Below are positions 28,101 through 41,057 of a DNA stretch of 64,000 bases, piece after piece. The DNA is from Octopus sinensis. Its lineage: Eukaryota. The translations under genes and the position numbers were made by a program. How positions within the stretch are numbered: position 1 is the first letter of the stretch; every line of letters begins with the position of its first letter. Where the stretch lies: the NCBI RefSeq assembly GCF_006345805.1, contig NC_042999.1, forward strand, positions 160,890,001-160,954,000, read 5' to 3'. The notes beneath the pieces are model-generated. The model searched no databases. It was not told the origin of the DNA and worked only from the letters and a program-made list of their open reading frames with translations.

Positions 28101-31100
28101 ACATTTTTATAAATATCATATCTTATGTATCATCAGTTAAGAGTTTCTATTTGCCTGTGTTCAGTTTTGGATATTAACTTCATACTTTTGGTTACAGGTT
28201 GTAACAATTGCACTAGAATTATGGGAACTATCTCAATGAAATATTGTTAAATTAAGCCATTCAATGTACAGCTTTCATGATGTCATTGCCAATACAGGAC
28301 ATGCAAAAAACAATACTTCACTGTGGTTAAGTATAAGGTTACAAGAGTTGTTCTCAGTTAAACTCACAATATTCACAGTTCTCAAAAGCATGGCTGCACC
28401 TTTAAATGATCTGTAGTAGTAAATTCATTCACCAGCATAACCCAATCTTGTTAAAAACCACAGTATGAGCAGGAGAATGATAGCCAAGGGCATCAGAAAT
28501 TAATTATGAAGTCATAAATATAGCAATCTTGCAGCCCATTCTAAAACTATTAGGAAAGAGATATCTTGGAAGCTTTTGAGAGGGAAGTGAGAATATTTGT
28601 CAGTGAAAAGAAATTCATAGTTAACCATCACAAAAGTAGAGTTAATGTCTTCAAGCCTACTGAAGTTTCTGGGGTCATGCAAAGTAAAATGTTAGGTTAC
28701 GTGATGGTGTTTGAAGACACTGCAAGTAACAGGTGTGTGATGTCACTCCTTTTCATTGAAGTTAGTCAGCATGACTAAGTATTTGATGCACTTTGGAGAA
28801 AGTTCTGATGCTGGGGAATATTAAACATCTACACCTGAATAGGTCTATGTTTGTCCAAGACTCTGCCCCCCTGGTACATAACTCAAAAGTTATGCAGGGT
28901 TATTTGAAGGTGAAACTTTCACTACTAACAAGCCTGTCTGGCTTTTTTTGCCTACAAAATCTAAATCTATGTGATTTCTAGAGGTAGGGCATCAAAAAAT
29001 CCAATGTAACAGCTCAAAGTATTGTAACTTTTGTAGTGGCTGCCATTAGGAAAGCCTTCTAATTTATTGACAGGAGTGAAGCAAAGATGGCGTGCTTGGC
29101 CTTGCACACTAAATTGATTATAACTAATGACGATGGACATCTTGAGCAATGGCTTCCGTTTCTTGTAAATAAGAGTACACACAGGAGTGGCTGTGTGGTA
29201 AGTAGCTTGCTAACCAACCACATGGTTCCGGGTTCAGTCCCACTGCGTGGCACCTTGGGCAAGTGTCTTCTGCTATAGCCCAGGGCCGACCAATGCCTTG
29301 TGAGTGGATTTGGTAGACGGAAACTGAAAGAAGCCCATCGTATATATGTATATATATGTGTGTGTGCATGTATGTTTGTGTGTCTGTGTTTGTTCCCCTA
29401 GCATTGCTTGACAACTGATGCTGGTGTGTTTACGTCCCCATTACTTAGCGGTTCGGCAAAAGTGACCGATAGAATAAGTACTGGGCTTACAAAAGAATAA
29501 GTCCCGGGGTCGAGTTGCTCGACTAAAGGCGGTGCTCCAGCATGACCGCAGTCAAATGACTGAAACAAGTAAAAGAGAGTAGAGAGTAAAGAGTATGTAT
29601 GCATGTAGGTGTATGCTTGAGATAACCCGTACTTAATTGTACTCATCTCTAGTTCTACCATCATCTTCTCCCACACTAACCATTATCCTCTTCACCTTTA
29701 ACACAACAATCACCATCACAACCACACAAGCCAATGTCCTCTTTACTATCACTGCTCCACTTTAGCATACCCCTTATTACAATTACTTTCATCATCATCA
29801 TCAATATAATCCTCCTCCTCCTCCTCGCTGCCACCATTATCATCATCATCGCTCTGTCATTGTCTTCCCCAACACAAACCTCTCTGTCATCTGACCTACT
29901 ACCTGGTTCTTATTGATCTGGTTATCTTTCCGACTATATCCCTCTCAATACTCTTTACTCTTTTATTCTCTTTTACTTGTTTCAGTCATTTGACTGCGGT
30001 CATGCTGGAGCACTGCCTTTAGTCGAGCAAATCGACCCCGGGACTTATTCTTTGTAAGCCCAGTACTTATTCTATCGGTCTCTTTTGCCGAACCGCTAAT
30101 TGACGGGGACGTAAACACACCAGCATCGGTTGTCAAGCAATGCTAGGGGGACAAACACAAACACACAAACACACATATATACATATATACGACAGGCTTC
30201 TTTCAGTTTCCGTCTACCAAATCCACTCACAAGGCATTGGTCGGCCCGGGGCTATAGCAGAAGACACTTGCCCAAGATGCCACGCAGTGGGACTGAACCC
30301 GGAACCATGTGGTTGGTTAGCTAGCTACTTACCACACAGTCACTCCTGAGCCTATAAGGAAAATTAGTAATATAATTAATAAACATATTACTTAATTAGT
30401 CCTCAATATATCTTCAGATGAAAGAAAATGTGTTTATGTTTTCATCATACACACACACACATACACATCTTCACTTATTCACTTAGACATGTTGTTAACA
30501 CAGACACACTTTAGTACGTAAGTATTACCTGATCTTGAATGTTCCGTAAGTGATTGAAAAGGTTATCCATTGTACGAGGAGGCAAATCACAATTCCTGTA
30601 ATCACCCCATTTTCCAGCACCATCTTCTGCTTTTGCTATAGAAAGAGTATTTAACATTAATCAGTAGATGCAAAATATACTAAACATTAAAGTAATTATT
30701 TAATGTTAGTAACTAATCTATTTAACAGTATATATAATCCACTTTATATACTGTCATTATAAAATGAGAGTATATAAAATGTCAACCCTTTTGTTACTGT
30801 ATTTATTTTGAAATGCTCTGTATTTCTTTCAATTACTTTAAATATAACAAAGAATTTAGTAAAATAACTTAGTTACCATTAAGGTAGTGTTCAGAACATA
30901 AACTGTGACTAAGTTTTGGTGTAATATTTTAATTCAAAATTTATGAAAACAAGACATTTGTACTCAGAGCCAGAGCCAGTTTCAGCAGGGTTGGTAACAA
31001 AAGGGTTAAATATCAGACTATGTTAATGGCCGGTTGGTACTGTTGACACTGCTCACTCACAATAGCTTCTAAGCTCTGTAGAAAAAAACAAACAAACAAA

Positions 31101-33592
31101 CATAAAAGTTTTTTTACCCTTTTTATTCTGGAAGATCAGTTAGCTACAGCCAAACAAAAGCCTGGAAACATATGAAGTTATAATGCCATAAATATGACAT
31201 AAGTAAACACAAAGGTCTCAGTAATTGGAAGGGGATTATGTTAATGACTTATATGTTTACACCGATATGACACTACTGATTTGTTCATGAGGAATAGAGT
31301 TAATTAAATTTATAGGAGTGTATTTGCTAACTACATCTTTCTTTGCCGGCCTCTGTGCCGGTGGCACGTAAAAGCAACATCTGTTTGTGTCCGTTGCCAG
31401 CCTCGCCTGGCCCCCATGCCGGTGGCACGTAAAAGCACCATCCGTTCGCGTCTGTTGCCAGCCCTGCCTAGCCCCCGTGCCGGTGGCACATAAAAAGCAC
31501 CATCCGTTCGTGGCCATTGCCAGCCTTGCCTGGCCCCCATGCCGGTGGCACGTAAAAAGCACCATCCGTCCTTGGCCGTTTGCCAGCTCCGTCTGGCACC
31601 TGTGCGGGTGGCACGTAAAAAGTACCCACTACACTCATGGAGTGGTTGGCGTTAGGAAGGGCATCCAGCTGTAGAAACACTGCCAGATCAGACTGGGCCT
31701 GATGTAGCTTTCTGGCTTCACAGACCCCAGTTGAACTGTCCAACCCATGCTAGCATGGAAAGCGGACGCTAAATGATGATGATGATTAGACACACCATAT
31801 CTAATTCTTAGCTACTCTCTTTCTTCATATTAAGTATGGCAGCATCATACATAGTGGTAGAGTTCTGATAACTACAACTTTTTAAAGCTTCTCAATTCTA
31901 GGTTTGTCTGTTTCTTTGTCTGGAATTTCTTGTCTACTTCTACAACAAACTAATCTACAAGAGCTGGGCCATACTGGAGTCTCCATAGATAATCTCTCAA
32001 ACTTCTCTGTTGTAGCTTGGAGAACTATGATAAAAAGAAGGTGGCTTAAAACTATGCTGTAATGAACACTTACCTGCAAGCTACATTCCACACTAAAATC
32101 ACTGTTAATTCTCATCTTTCTAACAATCTTTGCCCATGGCTTGCATGGGTCTCACAAACCATCCATCTACATCTAGTCTTCTTAGGAACTGTTAACTTAA
32201 GGCGCAGGAGTGACTGTGTGGTAAGTAGCTTGCTAACCGACCACATGGTTTCGGGTTCAGTCCCACTGCGTGGCATCTTGGGCAAGTGTCTTCTGCTATA
32301 GCCCCGGGCCGACCAATGCCTTGTGAGTGGATTTGGTAGACGGAAACTGAAGGAAGCCTGTCGTATATATGTATATATATATGTGTGTGTGTTTGTGTGT
32401 TTATGTATCTGTGTTTGTCCCCCTAGCATTGCTTGACAACCGATGCTGGTGTGTTTACGTCCCCGTCAATTAGCGGTTCGGCAAAAGAGACCGATAGAAT
32501 AAGTACTGGGCTTACAAAGAATAAGTCCCGGGGTCGATTTGCTTGACTAAAGGCGGTGCTCCAGCATGGCCGTAGTCAAATGACTGAAACAAGTAAAAGA
32601 GTAAAAAGAGAGTTATGAGCATGAAGCTCTAAAGAGACCTTCTCCAGATCAGTGAATGTTAGGTATAGTGGCTTGTTCTGAGCTAAAAACTAGGAAGAGA
32701 GCATAAGATGTGCCCCATCCTGGCATGCCATCTCAAATGGTATCTCATCTAAGAATTCATGCCCTAATTAATTGTGCTGTGTAACTGTTTCTGTTACTTT
32801 AATCAATGAATTTGATACCTTTATAATTGCTTCTTTTTTAAGCATTTGCTTTGTTCTTGTTGCAATTGATGATAATATTACTACGTTAGTCACCGGTGAT
32901 AATACTGCTTGAAACTGAAACTGACTGGCTTATTTCACCAAATATTTTCGTTATTTCAGCAACAGTCCATGTTGGAACAGTAGTTGCCTTCATATCCTTC
33001 ATCATTATTTTCACCTTAAGTTTCAATAGTTGGCACCTTTGTTGGGTCTCCTAGAAGCAGTCACTCTCCTCTGTATTCTCCTTATTTAACCCTTTTGTTA
33101 CCAGCCCAGCTGAAACCGGCTCTGGCTCTGAGTACAAATGTCTTGTTTTCATAAGTTTTGAATTAAAATCTTCCACCAAACCTTAGTCACAATTTATGTT
33201 CCTAACACTAGCTCAATGATAATGATGTTATTTTACTAAATTCTTTGTTATATTTAACATAATTGAAAGAAACACAGAGCATCTCAAAATAAATACAGTA
33301 ATGAAAGGGTTAAAATCTCTTGTAATATTTCCATGCCTCTTCCTTTTCAGCATCAGTGAGAGCAAGTGCTTTCCTGCATGTGCATGTGTGTGTGTATACA
33401 CACACACACACACACACACACATACATATTTATTTATGATCAAATAAAATCTTGGTAAAGTTCATAGATTTGTGAGTTTTGGATAAACAGTAGAACAGGT
33501 GGTTTAAGTTAGTACACAACAATAAAGGCAAAGTATAATCAAAATACAAGGAAGCCAATATCAATAGTTATTGAGTGTGTGTGTGTGTGTGT

Positions 33593-33661
<69 letters not shown>

Positions 33662-36389
33662 GTAAAGGTAATTAAAATCTAAACTGAAGCACAACTGCAA
33701 ACATTGCTTATCAACTGTATATCCGTAGGTGGTTTATCTTAAGAAGGAAACTATCTGGATAGGCTGAAATTTCAGGTCAAGGAGATCGGTCACAGAGAAT
33801 GAATACATTGGAATCATATCATCTTTAATTCCGTAGTCACAACTGTTTTAATACAAGATGGGAAATCCATAATATTACAATAAAATATATACATACATTT
33901 TTTCAAGTGGCCATGTGTATTTCTGCAGAATAAGTCTCAAAAACAATATTATGTATGTGTGTATATATATAAATATATATATATATATATAAAACAGAAA
34001 ATGGGACAAGAACGCAAAACATCCAGGCAGTTAGGTGATACAAAAAAGGGACAACAAAACATCCAGATAGACGATACAAAGAAAACAAGGACGGATCATT
34101 CGGAGTTTTCATTCCTCAGTCAAGTTCCAGATTATCTTTGCAATTTCGGCTGGTTATACTCGAGATTGCTCCAATCTGGCCAGCCCCAAGGAAAAATTAA
34201 GCTAAGAGCATTAGATTCCTTGGAAGAAAGCAGTGAATGTATATGAAAACAAAGATGTTGTCCCTCTTTTGTATCACCTAACTATCTGGATGTTTTGCAT
34301 TCTTGTCCCATTTTGTATTTTTTATATATAAAACATATAGCAGCATACGCACACTTTGGTCTCTTGTATGTAAGTATATATTCATCTAAATCTTGTAAGA
34401 CTCTATTCTTTCTTTTATTCTTTCCTTCTTTCTGTCAGCCCTTTCACGCTTACTTCATTCATTCCACTCTTTGTTCTTTCGTTCCCCCTCTCTCACATTT
34501 CCTTGCCTTCTCTTCATGCTCACTTTCCCTCCTCTTTTCACTTTACTGTTCCTAGCATTTTTTCTCACCCCTCCTTCTTTCTTCTGTCCCCTCTGCCTCT
34601 ACCTCTCTCTCTTCTCTCCCCACATGACCAGTGTTTTTGGCCAAGCCTGACCTTTCTTTCTTGGTTCAGCTGCTGTCCATGCAACATCTATATTCCTCCC
34701 TGTGTCTGTGAAATCTTGTATCCATGCCGTAAGGCTTTACTTCCACACACGCCAGCTTGATTTAATTCATCCTTAGTCAAAAGACACCTATTGTTATGTC
34801 CAGTTATTTGTATTTGTGTAACATTCTCCATTTTTTTTTCCGTCCTTGTTTTCATATACATTCGCTGCTTTCTTCCAAGGAATCTAATGCTCTTAGCTTA
34901 GTTTTTCCTCGGGGCTGGCCAGATTGGAGCAATCTCGGGTATAACTAGCTGAAATTACAAAGATAATCTGGAACTCGACTGAGGAAAGAAAACTCCGAAT
35001 GACCCACGCTTGTTTTCTTTGTATCGTCTATCTGGATGTTTTGTCCCTTTTTTGTATCACCTAACTGTCTGGATATTTTGCGTTCTTGTCCCATTTTGTA
35101 TTTTTTATATATAAAACATATAGCAGCGTATGTACACTTTGGCCCATTTTGTTTTAGAGTGTCAGCCGTAAATATCTCTCCACTCAGTAATAATATCCTA
35201 TCATTTTCTTTATAATCCTTCGATTAATTTTTGGAAAATCTTGTCTATTCTCTTTGGTCATGATTTCTCCTCTAGCTTGCTTTCTCATTCTGGTTTGAGC
35301 AAAATATTCTTGCCTGTCATTTTCCTTCAGATTTTGTTTTCTTTCTTGATTGACAATTCTCATTCTTTCCCCGTCGCTATTATTTCATATACAACCCCCT
35401 CTAGCTTCATTTATTTGATTAATTTCATTCCTTTCCTCCTGAATTAATTCTTCTTGTCATTACTGATTCTCCTTTCATTATTAAAAATCCTTATTTCTTC
35501 TTCTTGTGCTTTTTCCAATCTTTCCCTGTATCTTCTCTACCCCTCTTGATTGAATTCTCACTATCATGCTCTATGGTCACTGTCCGACATAACATACAGA
35601 ACTCTGTTTTGGTAATAAAATATATTAAGAAGCACTTGATATTATATAGATGGTAATATCCATATTCAGCATATATTGCTTCACATTTTTTATAAAGGAA
35701 ATTACAAACATGGTTATTAATATATAATTGGAAAATCTTTGTATCTAGGATTTACTGTTACACACATTTTACAAAGAAAATTAGGAATACAGATATTAAT
35801 ATACAGATTTTACAAAGGAAATTAGGAACAAAGTTATCAATATAGACATAATAGAATAGCTAGATGATCAATTCTTGAGTAAATAGTGGGAAAGAGAGAA
35901 AATCAAACAAATGCAACTGGTATGTGCAGTTATACACATATAAACGTTAATGATACACATACACATATCCCCAACTCTCTCTCTCTCTCTCTCTCTCACA
36001 TACAACTAATTATCATTTGTGTATGTGTATGGGCCAATAGCATTCATATGTGTGTGCTTGTGTGCCAGTAGAATTTGTCTGAATCACTTGCTATTACACA
36101 CAATTTTACAACTCCCTTCCCATACTGAGTCAGATTTGTTTTTTTACATCACAGGAATCTATCATTAGCACTTTAATATAATAGATTGCATGTGCACATA
36201 TACACATACCCCACTCTCTCAAACACACATACATACAAACAGCTAATAGTTATCTGAATGTGTGTGAGTGTGTGTAAATGTGCACATGCCAGTATCATTA
36301 ATTTGAATCTCTCTCTATTGCAAACATACTTTTACCAGCCATTTTCCTAAGCATGAAATATTATTTTACACTACAAGAATCTATCATTT

Positions 36390-36423
<34 letters not shown>

Positions 36424-39233
36424 GCATACTGTAAATAAGACAATGACCAAAGTAGTTAAGCAATAGAATAAGTGATAAAATTAGAACTAAACATCAATAA
36501 AAGCAAAATATTATCAATACTATCTAATGGACAAAGAAACCAAATTTGCTTGTTTGTTTGTATGTATGTATGTATGCATGCATCCATGCATGTATGTATG
36601 TGTGTATGTATGTATGTATGCATGTATGTATGTAAGTGTGCATGTGTGCATGCATGTGTGTGAATGGATGGATATGTGAATGCATACATGTATACATTAA
36701 ATTTTGATTTCTTTGTCTGTTAGATAGTATTGATTATATTTTGCTGCATGAGTGCATGTATATATGTATCTCACATGCTTACACCTACAGATGTGCATAC
36801 ATGGACATAGAAATTGAGTTTCTGCAACTGTAAAAAAACTCAACACATGTATTTACAACTAAGATTTTAATATAATTGTTATTAGACGTTTGAGAAAGAA
36901 CACAGTGTATTGTTTCAGCTGTTTTAGCTGTAGTATTCTATCTTCAGAAGTTAATTTGTCAACCACTTAGCATGAACAGGATAGGCTATTCTACTAATGC
37001 AGTGGTTCTCAAACTTTTCAAAAAACTTTACATGCCAGCCCCACTTACAGTTTTTTCGATGATTTACAGTCCCCTAGGGGACCGTGGACCCCTGTTTGAG
37101 AAACACTGTACTAATGTCTAATATAGTGAAGCACCTAAACTGAGAGAAAGGACAGTTGATCTGTAACATGACCACTTTGCCAGTGATAGAAAAATGGTTT
37201 AAGTTTTATCAGTGTGATTGTGGTTACTTTTGTCTCAAAATGATGATTATGATGTCTAATATAAAAGGAAAGCACTAAAACTGTTCTTACCTGGAAGCCC
37301 ATTAGATTTACGACAGCAAAGAGGTTCTCCACACTTAGCATTGGCCCCTTTTTGATACATTGTGTCGAGATGAATATCTGTGAGATGAAGACATCGTAGT
37401 TTGGGTGCCCCTGACTGCAATAACATGGATATAAAAAGATTTTCATTTAAGGTAGAGTGTATGAGGTACATGTATAAGTTTCACTGCAGCTGAAATATGG
37501 TTAATGAATGTAGGAGATCTGTAGCAATCTATCATATTTTATATTATATAATATTCTTCTTATAATATCTCTTTTACTTGTTTCAGTCATTTGACTGCGG
37601 CCATGCTGGAGTACCGCCTTTAATCGAGCAACTCAACCCCGGGACTTATTCTTTTGTAAGCCCAGTACTTATTCTATAGGTCTCTTATGCCGAACCGCTA
37701 GGTGACGGGGACATAAACACACCAGCATCGGTTGTCAAGCAATGCTAGGGGGACAAACACAGACACACAAACACACATATATATATATATATACATATAT
37801 ACGACAGGCTTCTTTCAGTTTCCTTCTACCAAATCCACTCACAAGGCTTTGGTCGGCCCGAGGCTATAGCAGAAGACACTTGCCCAAGATGCCACGCAGT
37901 GGGACTGAACCCAGAACCATGTGGTTGGTAAGCAAGCTACTTACCACACAGCCACTCCTGCGCCTATCACAGTATTTTTCTTTTATTAGTGTGTTATTTT
38001 TAAAATGTTTAGTTTTGAAAGAGATTAACTAAGTACATGTGAGCTTAAGAAAATAGAAAGGAATCAAAAGATGACTTCAATCATTCTCTTCTAATTTATC
38101 AATCCTGTTATTTCCTCCCTTTCCCAATTCCCATGTATGTTGGTTAATGTGCTACAGTTAAAGACAAGCACCAACTACATCAATCTAGGAGAGACAATAT
38201 TTTGAAAAGTTACTTAAAGCTGATTGGACAGGGAGTTCTTTGTTAGTCTGTATTTCCATTACATCTCTTGTGTGCCCATAAGCTTACATTGGGTACAATG
38301 TATGGAGTTTTCTACCAACTCATTTTCTGCATATCAAGCAAAAGTCCTTTCCTTCAAGATACTAGAGTCCTAGCAAAAGTCCTTTCCTTCAAGATACTAG
38401 AGTCCTATCTTCATTCCTACTTACCAAAACTTTTGTCTTTGCTAAGTTTAACCCAAAGACATCTTGACTCTAGGTTTAGTTTCCAAGCCTGAAACTTTCT
38501 AATTCCATTGTAGATTCAGCTATGAGAATTAAATCATCAGCATATAAGAATGGATGTTCAATCTGAAAGTCCACTGTGATGGCCACTAGGACTATGATGA
38601 ATAGGAGAGGATTGAGTACTGAGTTTCATTTCAATATCTGCCCCTCCCTCCTCTTATCATAATTATTTCTTTTCATCAGTTCTATAGCCTCCACCATCTC
38701 TGATTAATTATGTCCTTCTGCAACACACCCAACAATAATGCCACTTTTCACAACAATACTACCCATCCCATCCTTTCCCATCCATCTCACAATCCCCTGG
38801 TCACTTACCCCTCCTCCTCCTCCTCTCAGCTTTGCCTCTCCTGTCTCTTTTTGTTCTTCCTCTGCTTCACAACTCCCTCTGAACCACCTACTTCTATTTG
38901 TCTTCTTCTCCACCCAATCTACCCTTAAATTCCCTGCATTATGATCTGAACTACTAGATGCCAATCTCTCCACCCTCAAGACGGAGACCGGATTTATGGT
39001 AACATTTATTTGTATCCATTACTACTCTTTTACTCTTTTACTTGTTTCAGTCATTTGACTGCGACCATGCTGGAGCACCGCCTTTAGTCGAGCAAATCGA
39101 CCCCGGGACTTATTCTTTGTAAGCCCAGTACTTATTCTATCGGTCTCTTTTGCCGAACCGCTAAGTTACGGGGACGTAAACACACCAGCATCGGTTGTCA
39201 AGCAATGCTAGGGGGACAAACACAGACACACAA

Positions 39234-39298
<65 letters not shown>

Positions 39299-40076
39299 TA
39301 CGACAGGCTTCTTTCAGTTTCCGTCTACCAAATCCACTCACAAGGCATTGGTCGGCCCGGGGCTATAGCAGAAGACACTTGCCCAAGATGTCACGCAGTG
39401 GGACTGAACCCGGAACCATGTGGTTGGCAAACAAGCTACTTACCACACAGCCACTCCTGCGCCTATTACTGGTTGCATATTCTTAACTTTTTTGTGAACT
39501 ACATCTGCAAGCATTGCAACAATTATGTAATTTTGAGCCTCCAGAAACAGGTGTCGGACCTGAAACACTATGTCCCCTCTCCTTCATTTTCTGCATTTTT
39601 TGTACTCTATGTAAATCTTTTCTGTAAATATATAAATATCTATATGCTTACACATGAATGTTCATGTCCAACTTTTTTTTCTCTACATATATTTACATAT
39701 ATATTCTTTTACTTGTTTCAATAATTTGACTGAAGCACTGCCTTTTAGTCAAAGAAATCAATCCCAGGACTTATTCTTTGTAAGCCTAGTACTCATCCTA
39801 TCGGTCATTTTTGTTGAACCACTAAGTTACAGGGACGTAAACACACCAACATCGGTTGTCAAGCGATGGAGTGGGAACAAACACAGACACAAAGACACAC
39901 ACACACACATATATATGACAGGCTTCTTTCAGTTTCCATCTACCAAATCCACTCCCAAGGCTTTGGTCAGCCCGAGGCTAAAGTAGAAGACACTTGCCTA
40001 AGGTACCATGCAATGGGACTGAACCCAGAACCATGTGGTTGGGAAGCAAGCTTCATACCAGACAGCTACATCTGCG

Positions 40077-40118
<42 letters not shown>

Positions 40119-41023
40119 ATATATCAAGCTGAAGCATGTTTATTTGTTTATTTGCATCATTATCTCCCCCCCTCTCTCTCAATCTATTTATATATATATA
40201 TATATTATATATATTTTCCAAATACACCAGCTAAGCTAAGTTGAACTGTCTAAAGTCGAAAGACGCCTGTTGTGTTTGTCCTGTTATTATTATTATTGTT
40301 TTTTGTATTTATATTCGTGTGGCATTGTCCGTTTTTCTGTCCTTGTTTCGTATACATTCGATCCTTTTTCCAAGAAATCTATGCTCGTAGCTTAGTTTTT
40401 CCTTGGAGCTGGCCGGATTGGAGCAATCTCAAGATTAATCAGCTGAAATTGCGAGGATGATCCGGTTCTTGACTGAAGATTAGCGGCTTTGAATGACCTG
40501 TCCATTTTTTTTGTGTCATCTGTTTGAATGTCTTGCGTTCTTGTCCCATTTTGTATTTTTATATATATATTTTATACATATATATATACATGTTTATACA
40601 CACACCCACAGATAAACAGACACATAGATTTATATCGAGTAAGGTAGAAAGACAGACAGACACACGAATAAGTGAGCGACAGGAAAGGTGGAAAGTGGGG
40701 AGACTGCCTGATAGACATATATGGAAAGGGGAGATAACACTGATAAAACCCAAGAGATTAAATGGGAAAGAGTGGAAGACAGATGTGTATAAATGAAAAT
40801 GTACATAAATGAGAGACAAATAGTATGAAAGCTGATACAATGTCGGCTAATGAACAAAGTTTCCTGAAAATCGAAAATGTATTAACAGCAAATGGTAAAA
40901 CAATCAAAATTTGCTGTTTTTTCCTCTCTTCACCGCTCTCTCACTCTTTACGCCTAATATACATGTGTGTGTGTGTGTGTGTATGAATGGAGGATATGTG
41001 TATGTATGTATGTGTGTGTGTCC

Positions 41024-41057
<34 letters not shown>

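Noticed and set aside
30130-30349. Recurrent ORFs [11 protein letters not shown]... and MSSNARGTN... seen many times in the track
   Set aside because: These are chance frames in SINE family A; the frame depends on microsatellite length.
22372-31620. Tandem arrays (200-bp, 100-bp, 62-bp) as CRISPR-like arrays
   Set aside because: They have no unique spacers, the context is eukaryotic and there are no cas genes; they are ordinary tandem repeats.
34979-35000. CTGAGGA...GAA motif resembling a hammerhead ribozyme core (also 34097-34119 on the minus strand)
   Set aside because: GAAT replaces the required GAAA, no stem II can form, and no stem I/III with an NUH cleavage site is visible. At most a decayed relic.
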